A model generated the notes under the pieces. The model did not search any database and was not told where the DNA came from. It saw only the letters and a list, made by a program, of their open reading frames with translations. Source: Marsupella aquatica (lineage: Eukaryota; Plantae; Marchantiophyta). From it: DNA of 64,000 nucleotides. Positions within the stretch are counted from its first letter, which is position 1. Each line of letters opens with the position of its first letter. The translations under genes were made by a program, and so were the position numbers. The stretch is from the NCBI GenBank assembly GCA_973895155.1, contig OZ316891.1:6357708-6421707 (forward strand), read 5' to 3'. Of the stretch, positions 1 through 13,188 are shown in pieces.

Positions 1-768
1 CTTGCTTCTGATACAGATCCAGCTCTTGGTACTTTGATGAGGGAGATTTCCATGGCACATGACCCCTGAAATTCTCATGCATAGGATCCTCCTCCTGTAC
101 AGAAAGACTTGAGTATGTGTTTGGCTTGTTAAGATTTCAGCTGATTCAATCTGATGGATCAAGATATGAATTTCCAACAAAGAGAGTCAATGTGGCCACC
201 TCGAATGTGAAGAAGATTGAGGAAACCAACACCCTTCGATGCAATAGGAAGGAAGACGAAGTCACTGAGGGGCCAGAAAGGTTCGACACCCAGACATGAG
301 CAGGACTTTTAATTGCAATGAAATTATAGTTAATGCGAACAGAGTATTTCCTGCAACAAAATTGCAACGCTCAATGTAGGCGTGCTTCATTAATTGCCTC
401 CTTGGCCTACTACAACTTTACTCTTGAAGAGTTCTAGGCAAAAGAATGTAATTTCTTGTTTCTTTGAAAAATCCCTACAAAACTGCCGAAACTTTCCTCT
501 GCAAAATAGACGCTCCCATCAAACTGGACACTGGATAGAAGCTCAGATAATATCCTGTAACGTATTATGATCGCATACACTCTGAATTCTTAGCTGCGCC
601 TGAGCTGAGCTTTTTCTGAATCCATGGCTATCACTATACCTCAAGGGAAAGAATAGGCAGATCTGAAAAATGATCACATGTGTAGACTTTAAAAAGGTCG
701 GAAATACATGAAATTGAGTGAGCTGAATGGGAACATACTAAACCCTAGGCAACTCCACAAGTATTTCA

Positions 769-3700
769 TTAAGTTGAGATAACTTGGAGTGAATGGGCAA
801 CCAAGGTGGTTGTGTTTTCAAAATAAAAGCTACCCGTGAAGCTGCGACCTGAGAAAGCATAGGAGAATTGCACACCATAATTAGGATCTGACAGGAAGCT
901 AGACAAAAAGGCCTTGAACAGTCATATCCAACACCACATAGCTACATTCCCTAGGTTCTGTCATTGATTGACAGACCTTAATTCTTAAATCAATGGTTGT
1001 CATGGACCCAAACAGAAAAAGAACCCAACTACAGACAGAAACTGACAACCAGTAAGGTGGAATGATGACCCTCTAAAAGAATGAGCAACAACTTGTAATC
1101 CTGGATTTTTTTAATGTTCATGAAAATCTTTAGGGGCCAAAAAGTAAAAGAATTAGCAACACTGGCAGAAGGAGCGTCCTTCACTATCCGCCACTGAAAC
1201 AAAAATCCTGCAAAGCTCTTGCATTCCAGTAAAATCTGGCTGCTACAGCATGAACCAAAGCTAATAGACCAGGCACCAGAATAAAGGCAACTGAAAACGA
1301 AAGTTTTTTTTCAAGATACAAACCTTTCAAAAATTCTGGATACCAAAGTATGTCATCGGACCACATTGTGTCTGCATGATAAACATGGAGTTATTACTAT
1401 CACAGCACGGGAGTGCAAATTTAAAGAGAGTAAGTCAAATTACATGAGACATTCCGATGAGCACGAGCAAACACCGACACTACATCACTTTGCCCACACA
1501 TTCTTGCAAATATAGCAGAGCTGTTGCTAATCCACGACGTTTCTGATGAGAGTTAACGAGCTGAGTATGACACTGGTCTCAACAACTTCACGGCGAATTC
1601 CTCACAAAAGATAGTTCATAAATGCGTATTTCGAGACAGCGTATTTCTCTTTACGCATTGAAATTCTTAGGAAACCAAGTTCAGAAATCTACAGTTTAAT
1701 ACGCTCGGAGTTAACATAAAAAAACTATTTGCATACGAAACCGAGTTTAGACACACAAAGGCTGTCTGTAATAAATTGTGGTGTCAGGAGGCGGCCTGCA
1801 TATTTCTGAGGCCAAGATCACATACCGTAGGGTATTTCAGATTCTCTGAACCACCGTGGGTCCATTTCCTCTGTCTCGCATGGGTCCCCAACAATTTCAG
1901 ACACGTGATAGACATGTACCTTAGAGCACAAGAAATATATCACCTCAGAATGTGCAATAATACTTAAAGCAGTTCTATACAAACCCAAATCACTTGAAGT
2001 TGACGATAAAATTAAAAAAGAAGAAAGGGCGAGTAATTTCCATAGAAAATGGCAAGAAAGTCCAACTTCTAGACTTTCGAGTCTACTGTACTTACGATAG
2101 TTTTAATGATCATCAAAAAACCTTTCGATACATATAGAACCACAATACAGTCAAGCCTTCAGTGGAGAAATATGTTCAGTACTTGAGTGGCCGTCCGTAA
2201 AATCGTATCATCTTAAGTGTTCTTCTCAGGACAGACTCCCGATTTTTAAAGAAGATCACCGTTATTACATGTCCTTGCACACGCTGCAGTTCAATCCAGT
2301 GTAAATTCGGTGGAGAAGTTTTCCCACGAGATGAAAACTTGACAGAAGGGTTCAAACAGTGTTATATGCAGAACCAGGCTTAAACAACTCGATGAATGAT
2401 GTTTTCGTCGATGAAAACGTCTATTTGCGTCTTTTCATGTTTTGGGTAGATGAACAATGCAGCATGGTTGATAATTCAGCTCCAAGTAATGGTAAACTTG
2501 AAACGTGGAACAACGAGCTTGAGAAACGTAGAGATAAAAACGGGGATGATAACGGCAAGGTATAAATATCCATCATATCCTTCTGTGATTTCTAAGCGAG
2601 TGTATCAGGAGAATTGAAATGCCCTCGTCCATTTGAAGGAACGTGACGCTCATTCAGGAAACTATGGTGATGTATAAACGAATTCGTGAAAGTTTTCCAT
2701 GAAGAATGGGGCGAAAGACTACCTCCCATGCAATCGGATCATTCTCGAAATGGAATTTCAGTATCGCTCGCTTAGACATGTCCACTGGTGTGACCCCCGC
2801 TTCTTCGTGTAGCTGATGAAGTACAAGACAAAGTATAGGTAATGTTAAGGATTGACATTAGCAAAAGGGCAGTCTGAAGGCATACAGCTGTAGCCATCCG
2901 ACACAATTAGTTAAGCTACTCAACCAGTCAAGACTGACATAATGCAGCACTCTACACCTACCCCAGGGCAAAGTTGTGATGACAATAAGGACAGAGTGTT
3001 CAGAACAATATTCGTATTTTTATTTTCTATCTACGAACTCGGAGCAAAGAACATAACTTAAAGGCTCTTTGAAGAAGTGGATGAAAATGGGTCAGACAGA
3101 ACCTCTCTAGCTGCCGCTTCTTCAATTGTCTCTCCTTTCTCGACCTTCCCGCCAAACCCATTGTAGTAGCCCTTTCCGAAACTAACAACAAACCGACGGT
3201 ATCTTTAATCAAAATGAGTTACAGTAATAAATAAAGGACATCTTTTTCAACCCATTCCTTCAGATCGTACCAGGTGGAGAGAGGACGCTCAGTGCTTAAA
3301 CAGCCATTTTCTCTGGGTGAAGGAGTGCTACATCAAATGTACCAACTAGCTTCCACTATATCACTCATAACTGTTACTAATTCTGGCCCCTTGAACCGCT
3401 TCCTTAACAGAGATACCATGATCTAGAAACAATGGGGCAATTCATACAAATGAATACTGAAAACCCAAATCACGTTCAATTTCTTATGAATAATGTCTGA
3501 GCTTCTCACTGTCAACCGTAATTACATAATATGCTGCAGCAAAAGCTTCGCCCAAACTGGAATACGAAATTCGAGTTCAAGAAGCTACATTGCAAGTAAA
3601 CAAGAGATTGATAGCAAACAGTGTGATGGGGAAGTTAAGTCTCACCCCCTCTTTTTCATGCCAAGCAATACCTTGCCGTCTTTATGGATGATGACAAGAG

Positions 3701-3944
3701 TAAGCAGCTTTGGGGGCAACGACGCTTCTGTCCTCCAGATTGCCCACTGAGGAAGGCCGTGGACACTCCCACCGTTGGAATCTTCTTCTAGGGAGAGTGT
3801 TTCATTCAGTGAGTGCTCCTTCATTTCACCACCAGTGGATGTGTCTCCACTTTCTACAATCCCAACACTAACAGGACTACCAATGTTTTGCGGTTCTTCC
3901 GGTTGTGCGCCATCTTTGTCCCCAGTGGCTTCCGAAGGAGGCAT
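769..3944 (-). CDS. NUDT1: MTH1/NUDT1-type Nudix hydrolase (oxidised purine dNTP triphosphatase), 6 coding exons, acidic N-terminal extension
   Basis: GT-AG exons read by eye: ~3646-3944 (MPPSEAT...[22 protein letters not shown]), ~3105-3181 ([26 protein letters not shown]), ~2723-2812 (LHEEAGVTP...IAWE), ~1826-1918 (VHVYHV...[15 protein letters not shown]), ~1325-1371 ([16 protein letters not shown]), 769-848 ([26 protein letters not shown]). The Nudix box and the [10 protein letters not shown] / NGFGGKV / MWxDD motifs match human MTH1 as I recall it. The start codon is inferred. Confidence 0.9.
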
Positions 3945-5606
3945 TTCTAGACCAAGATGAAGAATTGACGGCCTTCCACTCTCCCACGCGGGAGGGGCCC
4001 ACGAAGATCCAGACAAAGAGCTGTGTATCCAGCGAAAAGAGCTCACTTCCGTCCGGACTACAAAGACTGAGGTTGGTTGGTGCCTGGACCATCTGCTGTT
4101 AGGCTGATGGTTTAGCCAAGACTTCTCTGCTGTGCAATGTGGGTGGCTGGAATAATATCCTCCATGGAACCCCCGGCATGCTACAAAAACCATGAATCTC
4201 GCATCTGCTGCACACATCATGACGAAAGTTACAGCACGGCCAGACCAGACCAGACCAGACCAGACCAGACCAAAAAATGCCTTGACCAATGTGGTGACAA
4301 CTGACTTTTAAAACATTGCTCCGAAGTTTCTAGTTCACACAAAGAGGGCATTAATGGGGTAATTTGGCCCACAAATGCCTCCAAACCGGTTGAAAAATGG
4401 GCAGAAAAAAGTGATCACAGTTCTGCGTTAGAGGGACTTGATACAAGGTTTACATGATCATTTTTTTTGTCTCATTTCGGTGTATGAATGTCTGAAGTTC
4501 ACCATGCCGTTATGGCAATCCGGTTTAGAAATTACATGCAATTGCGTGTTTGAATAATCAACGCACCGAAAGCCATTGTATGGTTATGAATGAGTCGTTG
4601 ACAGATATTGCCTGGACCAAATATCCAATTTCTTCGGGACAAAACTAAAACAACGCCTTTAAAACAAGCCTTCGAATGTCGAAACAACATTTTTCTGTCG
4701 GTACTCATTCAGAAAAGCAATGCGTCTGAATAATGAGGCTGATAGATTGGTGACGTGACTTGACTAACTCAGAGAAAAAAAATCCTTCCATTCAATGCGA
4801 CAGCAGCAGCAAGTGACTGTAGTGAAACGGAAGGAAGGTGTGTACGTTTCGTGACCTGGGTGGGGGCCCCAAATGCTAGACAGTGTGACAGCCGAGCCGA
4901 CCAGCTCAGCTCGCTCAACATCGAAAGCAACAGACAGAGGTATATGAACTTCGTCCTCACTTCCACCAGAATGTCCCACAAAATTGAACACACTCGAAAT
5001 GTTCGAGAGCAGTATGTTTCAGCCACATGCCAGAAAGACACTGGATTGATGATGCCTCAACAACTAAGTGCCCAGAAGAAACTTTGATAACTAAGATATA
5101 GATTGTAGAGTAGGAGTGGTCCAGAACTGTGTGAACGCTGATGGCTATGCTGATGACCCGAGAAGAATGAATCATGTAATAGTCTTTCAAGCTACAAAAG
5201 AAAGTTCTGTACTGTACATTCCTTCCTTGAAGCTCAAGAAATTGGGACAAAGCACTTGAGTATATTGTTGGAGATTCCAAGAAGGATGCGAATGGTGTGA
5301 ACTTCGAACTCATGGGTCATCTAAACTTTTCATAAAGAAAAGTATTACTGTGGAGGGTGTAAAAGATTTGGGGGCTTTGGGATATTCCAAAGTCCCCAAA
5401 CTTCAAAGTTGTGGACAATGGCTTTTGGCCATAGCACAGGGTTATGTAGAAGTTTTTAAGTTTTTTTTCACTAATCTCTAGAATGACTTATGGTCATGGG
5501 ATATGACTAATGTTATGGCAAAAAGTTATGGATTTGAATCTGGTTGTCCATCATTTTTTTCTTTCGATTATCTAAAACTAGCTCAATACCCGTGCGTTGC
5601 ACACAA

Positions 5607-5738
5607 GATGTCGTGACGGCTGTCGTTGAGAACAAAAGAGGTCATGTCGGCCAAGAGGTTGTTGAGAATAAGGATGTCGTGTCGGCCAAGAGGTTGTTGA
5701 GAAGAAAGATGTCGTGTCGGCCAAGAGGTCGTTGAGAA
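5607..5738. repeat. ~35-bp tandem array, left part (GATGTCGTGTCGGCCAAGAGGTCGTTGAGAAGAAA)
   Basis: About 4 units directly left of the LTR; the same unit resumes right of the other LTR. Confidence 0.9.
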
Positions 5739-6083
5739 TGTTGAGCATAGACGACGATCGCAACGGCAAGCCCATGAACTATCCAACGCACAATAGTCGA
5801 CACAGAGAGATACGTGGTTCACCTCCACATGAGGCTACGTCCACGGGAACACACAAGAGCTTTATTGCACTCTAGGCCGACCGGCCATACCAAGCATCCA
5901 CAGCACAAGCTCTCCCTATCTCTCAACTGGCTCCGTAACAATGAGCCTGAGTTTCACCTCTCCAAGCAAACACCGCTTGGTTATAGAGTGTACACAGCAT
6001 GACTAACCTAACCAAGTCTGCGACTAAGGTTAGTCTTAACTACGGTACATTCGTAACTCTAGACCTAAGAGTAAATCCTAACA
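5739..6083 (-). repeat. 3' LTR of copia element (345 bp)
   Basis: Direct repeat of 11976-12319; by eye about 14 substitutions and one 1-bp indel. Confidence 0.95.
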
Positions 6084-6276
6084 ATCTCCCCCTTGACTCT
6101 GGTCTAGGGGAAGGTAAAGACTGCTACCAATATGACTGCTCAGCGGGAAGTTCTGGAAAGAAAAACCAAACCGGTTTTTCCCTCTTTATACGAGAGTAGA
6201 CCAAAACTAAATCGTAGCCTATACAAGGAATGAGCAAGAGCATATCTCAGTATCTACACAAATGTTAAGTAACCCT

Positions 6277-9200
6277 ACTTGTGAGGCAATTGCAAAACCT
6301 GCAACGCATCACGGTGTCTAGAAAAACTCTCCAAAGGAATCACTTTGGTAAAGCGTCAGCCGGGTTAAGTTTACCATCAATCTTGACTAGCTCAAACATA
6401 TTATTAGACACAGCATGCCTAATAAAATGGTACCTAACGTCGATATGCTTCACTCTGCTGTCCATCACGTGGTTCACAGCAAGGTGGAGTGCACTCTGAC
6501 TATCACAATGGAGCTTCACATTCCCCTATGGCAATCCCATCTCAATGATAAGTCTATCCAACCAAATCGCTTCCTTTGTTGCTTCCGCTGCTGCAACATA
6601 CTCCGCTTCTGTAGTAGACTGAGCAATACACTTCTGCAAAGTAGATCTCCAACTTATGCATCCACCTCCAAGTGTGAACACATAATCTGTTGTTGACCTC
6701 CTCCGATCCAGATCCTGTGCATAGTCAGCATCTACATAGCCCATCAATGATCTAGCATTATCAGCATGTGCATCAAACAATAGACCATGATCCACGGTAC
6801 CCTTCAAATACCGAATAACCCACTTCACTGCTTCCCAGTGTACCTTCCCTGGATTCAACATGTACCTGCTCACCTTGCCCATAGCCATGGCAAGATCAGG
6901 TCTAGTGCAAATCATCAAATACATGAGACTCCCCACTGCCTTGTCATACGGAACCTTTGATATCAACCCCTTCTCTGTGTCATCCGTAGGACAGAACGTT
7001 GATGATAACTTGAAGTGTGGAGCCAACGGAGTACTTACTGGTTTGCTATTCCCCATGTTGAACCATACAATTACCTTCCTCACATAACTTCTCTGCGTCA
7101 ACCATAGCTTGCCAGCCTTCAAGTCCCTAGTGATCTCCATACCCAAAATCCTCTTAACTGGCCCTAAGTCTTTCATCTTAAACTCTGCACTAAGCAGTGC
7201 CTTGAGCTTAACAATCTCAGACCTATCCTTGGCTGCAATTAGCATGTCATCCACATAAAGTACTAAAACAATGAACCCAAAGACAACATTCTTCACCGGT
7301 TTAAGATACACACATGGGTCAAACACACTCTTGTGAAAGCCTTATGCACGAATCCAATCATCAAACCGCTTATTCCACTATCTTGGTGATTGCTTCAACC
7401 CATACAAGGATCTCAGCAATCTGCAAACCAAATCCTCTTGCCCTTTCTTCACAAAACCTAGCGGCTGTCTCATGAAGATCACCTCTTCCAAGGTGCCATA
7501 GAGGAAAGCTGTGACAACATCCATCTGATCTAGCAGCAGACCAAACATAACAACAAGCACACACAATAGCCGTATTGTTGAGTACTTAGCAACTGGTGAG
7601 AAGACCTCATTGTAATCCACACCTTTTTCCTGTGTGAATCCCTTGGCTACCAACCTAGCCTTGTAGACCTTCAATCCACCTCTTGTGGACTGATCCTTCA
7701 GCTTGTATATCCACTTGCTGTCCACCACTTGTTGTCCCTTAGGCAGCTTGACAAGCTCCCAAGTTTTGTTGTCCTTCAGTGACTGCATCTCCGTTTGCAT
7801 TGTTGCAGTCCACTCCTGCTTCTCCTTTGAAGCACTTGCTTCATGAAATGAAGAAGGTTCACCTTCTTCCAAAATCAACGCATCACCCTCATCGTCAGTA
7901 ACAAAATCCTTCTCTTGCAACTGAGATGAATCAACCCACTGTCCATACCTTGGTGGAGCGTGTACAATGCGACCAGATGCTCTTCTAGCCGATGACTCCG
8001 GTTGATCTGCGTGTGCTGGTACAATTTGAAGCTCAGTAGCATCCACTTGCTGCTCACCAACATCAACAAACTCCTTTGGTTCCTCTGGCATAGGAACCAG
8101 CTCCATAATTGGAGCAACTCCTTCTCTCCGGTCATGCACCTCATAACCAATCTCCCCCTCAACGAGATCCGGGATATGAAATTTTTCTTTGTCAGTACGG
8201 GAGACCTGAGTATTCTCCCCCTCCTTCAATAATCTGGATTCATTGAAGGAAACATCCCTACTGACAACGAGCTTACAAGCAATAGGATCCCATAGCCTAT
8301 AGGCTTTCACACCACTCTGGTACCCAAGAAAAACACATTTCTTGGAGGTAGGATCCAACTTGGTCTTATTCTGCTTTGGTGTGAGAGCATATGCATCACT
8401 TCCAAAAACTACCAAGCCATGATAGTCTGTTTGCCGCTTATAGCGCATCTCAAACGGCGTTTTGAAATTGATAGCACTAGAAGAAGAAATATTTACCAAA
8501 TAAGCTGCGGTATTGATAGCTTCTGCGCAAAATTCTTGTGGTAAACTTGATTGGCTCAACATACTCCGTGACCGCTCCAATAGTGTCCGATTGAGCCTCT
8601 CAGCGATACCATTATGCTACGGAGTATAAATTGTGGTGAGATGGCGAGTTATCCCCTGTTCTGAATAGTACTCTTCAAATTCCATTGAAGTGTACTCCCC
8701 GCCATTGTCTGACCTTAGACTCTTCACCCTTGTATCCAAACACTTGACCGTGTTTCCAGTCTGATTCTCCACCTGGGCCTTCCACTTCTTAAAAATGGAC
8801 ACGACATCAGACTTATGCATCATGAAATAAATCCACACAAATCTTGAGTAATCGTCAATAAATGATACATAGTATAACTTTCCAGAGTGTGAGGGAGTCG
8901 GGGATGGACCCCACACGTCACTATGTATGTACTCAAGAACCGCTTTGAAACGATGAGTTCCAACACCAAAAGCAGGACGATGCTGCTTTCTAAGAATGCA
9001 ATGCTCACAGAACTCTAATTTACAAGATTGCAAATCAGAAATGAGTCCATTCTTCCGTAAGATAGCCAAACCCTTCTCACTCATGTGGCCTAACCGTGAA
9101 TGCCACAGTTGAGTCGTCTCCTCGTGAGACTTGGTTACATTGGCCTCTCCACATACAGTATTGCCCTGTAACACATATAAATTCTTTTGTCTGCTCCCCT

Positions 9201-10587
9201 TCAAAATCATTGTCTCTCCCAACCTGATTTGAAGTTCACCATCAATAACGCTCCATTGATGACCATTTGAATCCAACACACCGAGTGAAATCAGATTCTT
9301 ACGCATGCCAGGTACATACCTGAATCCGGACATTGTGCGCACAGCACCATCAAACATTTGAATCTTCACAGACCCAATTCCCTCAATTTGACAGGAGTGA
9401 TCATTTCCCATCAGAACTGAACCGTTTGAAACAGAGTAAAAACTGACAAACTCACGAATGTAACAAATATAAAAAGAGCGAGCACAATCAAGAATCCATA
9501 CATCATCTGCTCTCCTAGATGACGTGCACAGAGCATACCCTCGGCTTCATAAAACATACTCATCATTGAGTAAATAAGCTTCTTCATCAGCCCTAGCCAC
9601 ATTTACCGATGAAGTTTCCGTTGCCTTTTCCTTACAGTCTCGCTTGAAGTGTCCAACTTGGTTGCACTTCCAACATGTCACCTGCCTCCTCTGAGAGGAT
9701 TTACCCCTGGACTTAGATCTGGATTTAGATCTAAACTGGGTTCTACGGTCCCCAGTTGGTTGCTGCATACTCCTCCCACGGTTAACATTGAGGGCAGCAC
9801 CAGATGATGAAGGTTGTGACGTGATGTGCATCTTCTACTGAAGATCATCACTAAGCAGAGAACTTACCACGTCATTGTATGAAATGGTATCCCTATCACG
9901 ATGCAACAACAGTCGTGATAGGGACTGGTAAGATGGAGGCAATGAACTAAGAAGCTGCAGAGCCTTTGTCTCATCATTCAAAGTCTCCCCAAGGTTTTCC
10001 AAGTCAACGACCATGTCGTTGAAAGCATCCACATGGTCTTGCAACTTCGTATCGGATTCCTTCATCCTGAAACTCATCAATTTGTAGGAAGTGTAGAGCC
10101 AGTTCAACAACTCCTTGCGGTGATACTTGCTCTGCAAATCCGCAAACAAGGACATGCAATCCTTTTGTGCACCCAACTGCTTGATGATGGGAGGCATGAG
10201 ATAGAGTGTAACACACCACACTCCCTGCTCCTGCATGCGGTCCCATTGTTTCTCATCAACATCGTCTTCACGAGGGCTCAGCAGTTGGCCCATCCCTGAC
10301 GCATAGAGCACTCCCTTCACCTGCTTCTCCCATAGCAAGTAGTCAGAGCGCCCATCATACTTTGTCACTTCATACTTGGGTCCCCCAAGCTTGAAAGTCC
10401 CCATCTTCTTCTTTGGCACTACCGTGAGCTCCGGTAGTAGTACTGCTTCCTCCACCACACGCCGCACCGGTGATGGTATTGGTGTCACGTGCTCTTCCTC
10501 CTGCTCCTCTCTCTGCCCCTCAAACCCCTGCGGTGATTCTCGTGCTTCAAGTTCCACGTCTTCAAAAAACTCCTCCGAATCACTCAT
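6277..10587 (-). pseudogene. Copia gag-pol polyprotein, broken by stops and frameshifts
   Basis: Gag (QLLSSLPPSYQSL), zinc knuckle CWKCNQVGHFKRDC, GAG-pre-integrase LWHSRLGHMSEKGL, integrase IHSDVWGP...LRSDNGGEY, RT YKARLVAKGFTQ...QMDVVTAFL...LYGLKQ...LYVDDML, RNase H YVDADYA...STTEAEY. Split over at least five ORFs. Confidence 0.95.
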
Positions 10588-11975
10588 ATGAGAAAATCAC
10601 AAAAAATGTCATTTTTCACAACTTCTCAAAAAACTCAAAACTCAACACCGCCGCATAGCCCACGAAGCTAGAGGTCCAATACTGAAAATCAAAATCAAAA
10701 TCAAAATTTGACGGAAAAGTTATTCAAATTTCGATCGAGGTGGGTAAAACCTTGGGAAACTCCCCCGTTTTGACCACCTCAGGGAATAACCAAAATACCA
10801 AGTACAACCCGTCGTCGGAATTGCAATGTGATCGGTGCGTCGCGTTGCCAACTTCAATGGCTACGACCTCACCGAAAAAGAACCAAAAAAGTTACCGTTC
10901 GGCGGATGAAATCTTTGTCAGACGGTCAAAAAATAGCTCTCTGGTTTTTTGGACCCTTGTACAAGCCCTGTGGGAATTTTGGAAGAACAATCGAGGGGCT
11001 GACATGTGTCCTCGAACCCCCAAAACCCCCTACCACCCTTCGTCGTCAAAATCTGGTTGCGTGCGCAGAAAATACACACGGCAGAATGTACCCCTCGACA
11101 CCAAACGCAAGATATCTCACTCGGGTTTTGACGAAATCAAGATCTAATTTCAGATTTGGAAACTAGACTCCGAGGCGGTGAAGATCGATATAAGAAGTAC
11201 CCAAAACGAGGAAAGAACAAGGGAGAAAAAAATTGGTAAAGATGACAAATTTCTCTCAATTGCCATAGCCAATTTCGAATCAGTTTTTCAAAGAGAAAAA
11301 ATGGTACCTTGTCAACAACGAATGTTGATGAATTGCACTTGGTGCCGTCACCAAGTCCAACAAGGTAATTGATTCTACTTAGCCTTCCTCTTCGCATCAA
11401 AGAGCCAATCCTGGACTCAAAACAATCGTCTTGCCTCAATCTCTCCGTTGAGTCAAAACACTTGACGCTTCTCCCTCCGAGTCGATTGTCACGACAAGAA
11501 ACCCCGATCAGGCAAAAGAGGACTCCATAGCCCGTCAGAAAATCAGAATGCTTCTTTTGCTCGTCCCGTCGCACACGGTACACACTTGGTAACAAATCAG
11601 CTACCAAAACAAATAGCTCATCCCGATCTACAAGCAGAGCTACAGCATGCGATGCCTCCTTCGCCGTAGAGCTCAAACCATCGAGAAAACAAACTTTGGT
11701 CCCTCCTCCGAAAAACCGTCGAACACGAATGTTGCCAACTTTCTTCACAAAATCCAGAATGACAAAAACTTAGATCTCTCTGCACCACGAGCTCCGTTTA
11801 GCGATTTCTTCACACCGTTAGAAAGCTCTTGCCCCGATCTATGCGTTGAGCCCATAAACTCTAAGTTCCATGTGATGAAACTCCGGGAAATCCACCGACA
11901 CTCAACACTGGAAAAAACCGTCACGAAATCCTTTCACGAACACACGTCACCTCCCAGACATGCTCTGATACCAAT

Positions 11976-12319
11976 TGATGAGCATAGACGACAATCGCAA
12001 TGGCAAGCCCATGAACTATCCAACGCACAATAGTCGACACAGAGAGATACGTGGTTCACCTCCACAAGAGGCTACATCCACGGGAACACACAAGAGCTTT
12101 ACTGCACTCTAGGCCGACCGGCCATACCAAGCATCCGCAGCACAAGCTCTCTCTATTTCTCAACTGGCTCCATAACAATGAGCCGAGTTCCACCTCTCCA
12201 AGCAAACACCGCTTGGTTATAGAGTGTGCACAGCATGACTAACCTAACCAAGTCTGCGACTAAGGTTAGTCTTAACTACGATACATTTGTAACTCTAGAC
12301 CTAAGAGTAAATCCTAACA
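11976..12319 (-). repeat. 5' LTR of copia element (344 bp)
   Basis: Adjacent to the PBS; direct repeat of 5739-6083. Confidence 0.95.
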
Positions 12320-12324
12320 GAGAA

Positions 12325-12612
12325 GAAAGATGTTGTGTCACCCAAGATGTGAGAACAAAAGATGTTGTGTTGGCCAAGATGCCGGTGATAACAAAAGATA
12401 TCGTGTCAGCCAATAGGTCGTTGAGAAGGAAAATGTCGTGTTGGCCAAGAAGTCGTTGAGAACAACAGATGTCATGTCTCCCACTCAAGATGTTATTAAG
12501 AAAAAATATGTCATGTCATCTAAGATGTCATTAAGAAAAAAGATGTGGTGTCACCCAAGATGCCGTTAAGAAAAAAAGATGTGGTGTCGCCCAAGATGTT
12601 CTTAAGAAAAAA
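12325..12612. repeat. ~35-bp tandem array, right part
   Basis: About 8 diverged units of GATGTCGTGTCRCCCAAGATGYCGTTRAGAARAAA continuing from the TSD. Confidence 0.9.
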
Positions 12613-13188
12613 ATCTCGCATAAAAAGGGCGCAAAAAATGAGTAACAACAACCACAAAGTATCACCAGTCAAGAATGATTTTTGTCTTTGTATTTTTCAT
12701 TTTGTAATTCCTTGAAAACCTTTAACTTTGCCCCCACCCCCCCCCCCCCCCCCTTAGGCCTTTTGTACTATTTTTTGGTTTGATCTTTTCTATTACATTA
12801 TGTAATATTTGTAATCATTTAAACTCCTCCTAGGACATAGATTACCATGGGGTACAATGTCTAGGCATGGAGAATACTATTTCTATACATGGGGCTTCCT
12901 ATGCATGGATAGTACTATACATAGATGGTCCATAAAATATTTGATTATTGTGTATTGGCATTCCGTGACATTCCCAATTCCCCTTTAGTTCTAGCTTGGA
13001 AAAGGTGTCACTCTTTATTTCACACTCAATATAATTCAATTTTGTTTTATTCCTTCTCTTGGTCAGATTTTTTTAATTTTTGTGCCCTGCAAATTTGAAT
13101 GACGACCACTCTGAAAAGTGGCGCAACTGTGTATTATAGGAGTTAATACTAAGTTAAGGTCCACCAAATTTCAAGGTTTCAGACCCCC

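Larger units (their letters stand above)
5739..12319 (-). mobile_element. Full-length but decayed Ty1/copia LTR retrotransposon
   Basis: LTRs at 5739-6083 and 11976-12319 (TG...CA); 5-bp TSD GAGAA at 5734-5738 and 12320-12324; PBS TGGTATCAGAGCA (tRNA-iMet type) at 11961-11973; PPT AAGGGGGAGAT at 6084-6094; domain order gag-PR-INT-RT-RH. Confidence 0.97.

Noticed and set aside
1-299. Short + strand ORFs at the window start
   Set aside because: Too short and without motifs; may be the end of a neighbouring gene but cannot be supported.
3945-4289. Upstream extension of the NUDT1 ORF in the ORF track
   Set aside because: Begins at a non-ATG codon and includes a (CCAGA)n microsatellite; more likely 5' UTR, though an upstream start cannot be excluded.
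10740-12033. 100-200-aa ORFs in the copia leader
   Set aside because: No recognisable motifs; non-ATG starts; no support for an extra or env-like gene.
13105-13130. CACTCTGAAAAGTGGCGCAAC and similar CACTGTAAGAAATGGTGCAAC at ~15628, resembling CACTA termini
   Set aside because: Both are in the same orientation, with no matching inverted end or 3-bp TSD found.
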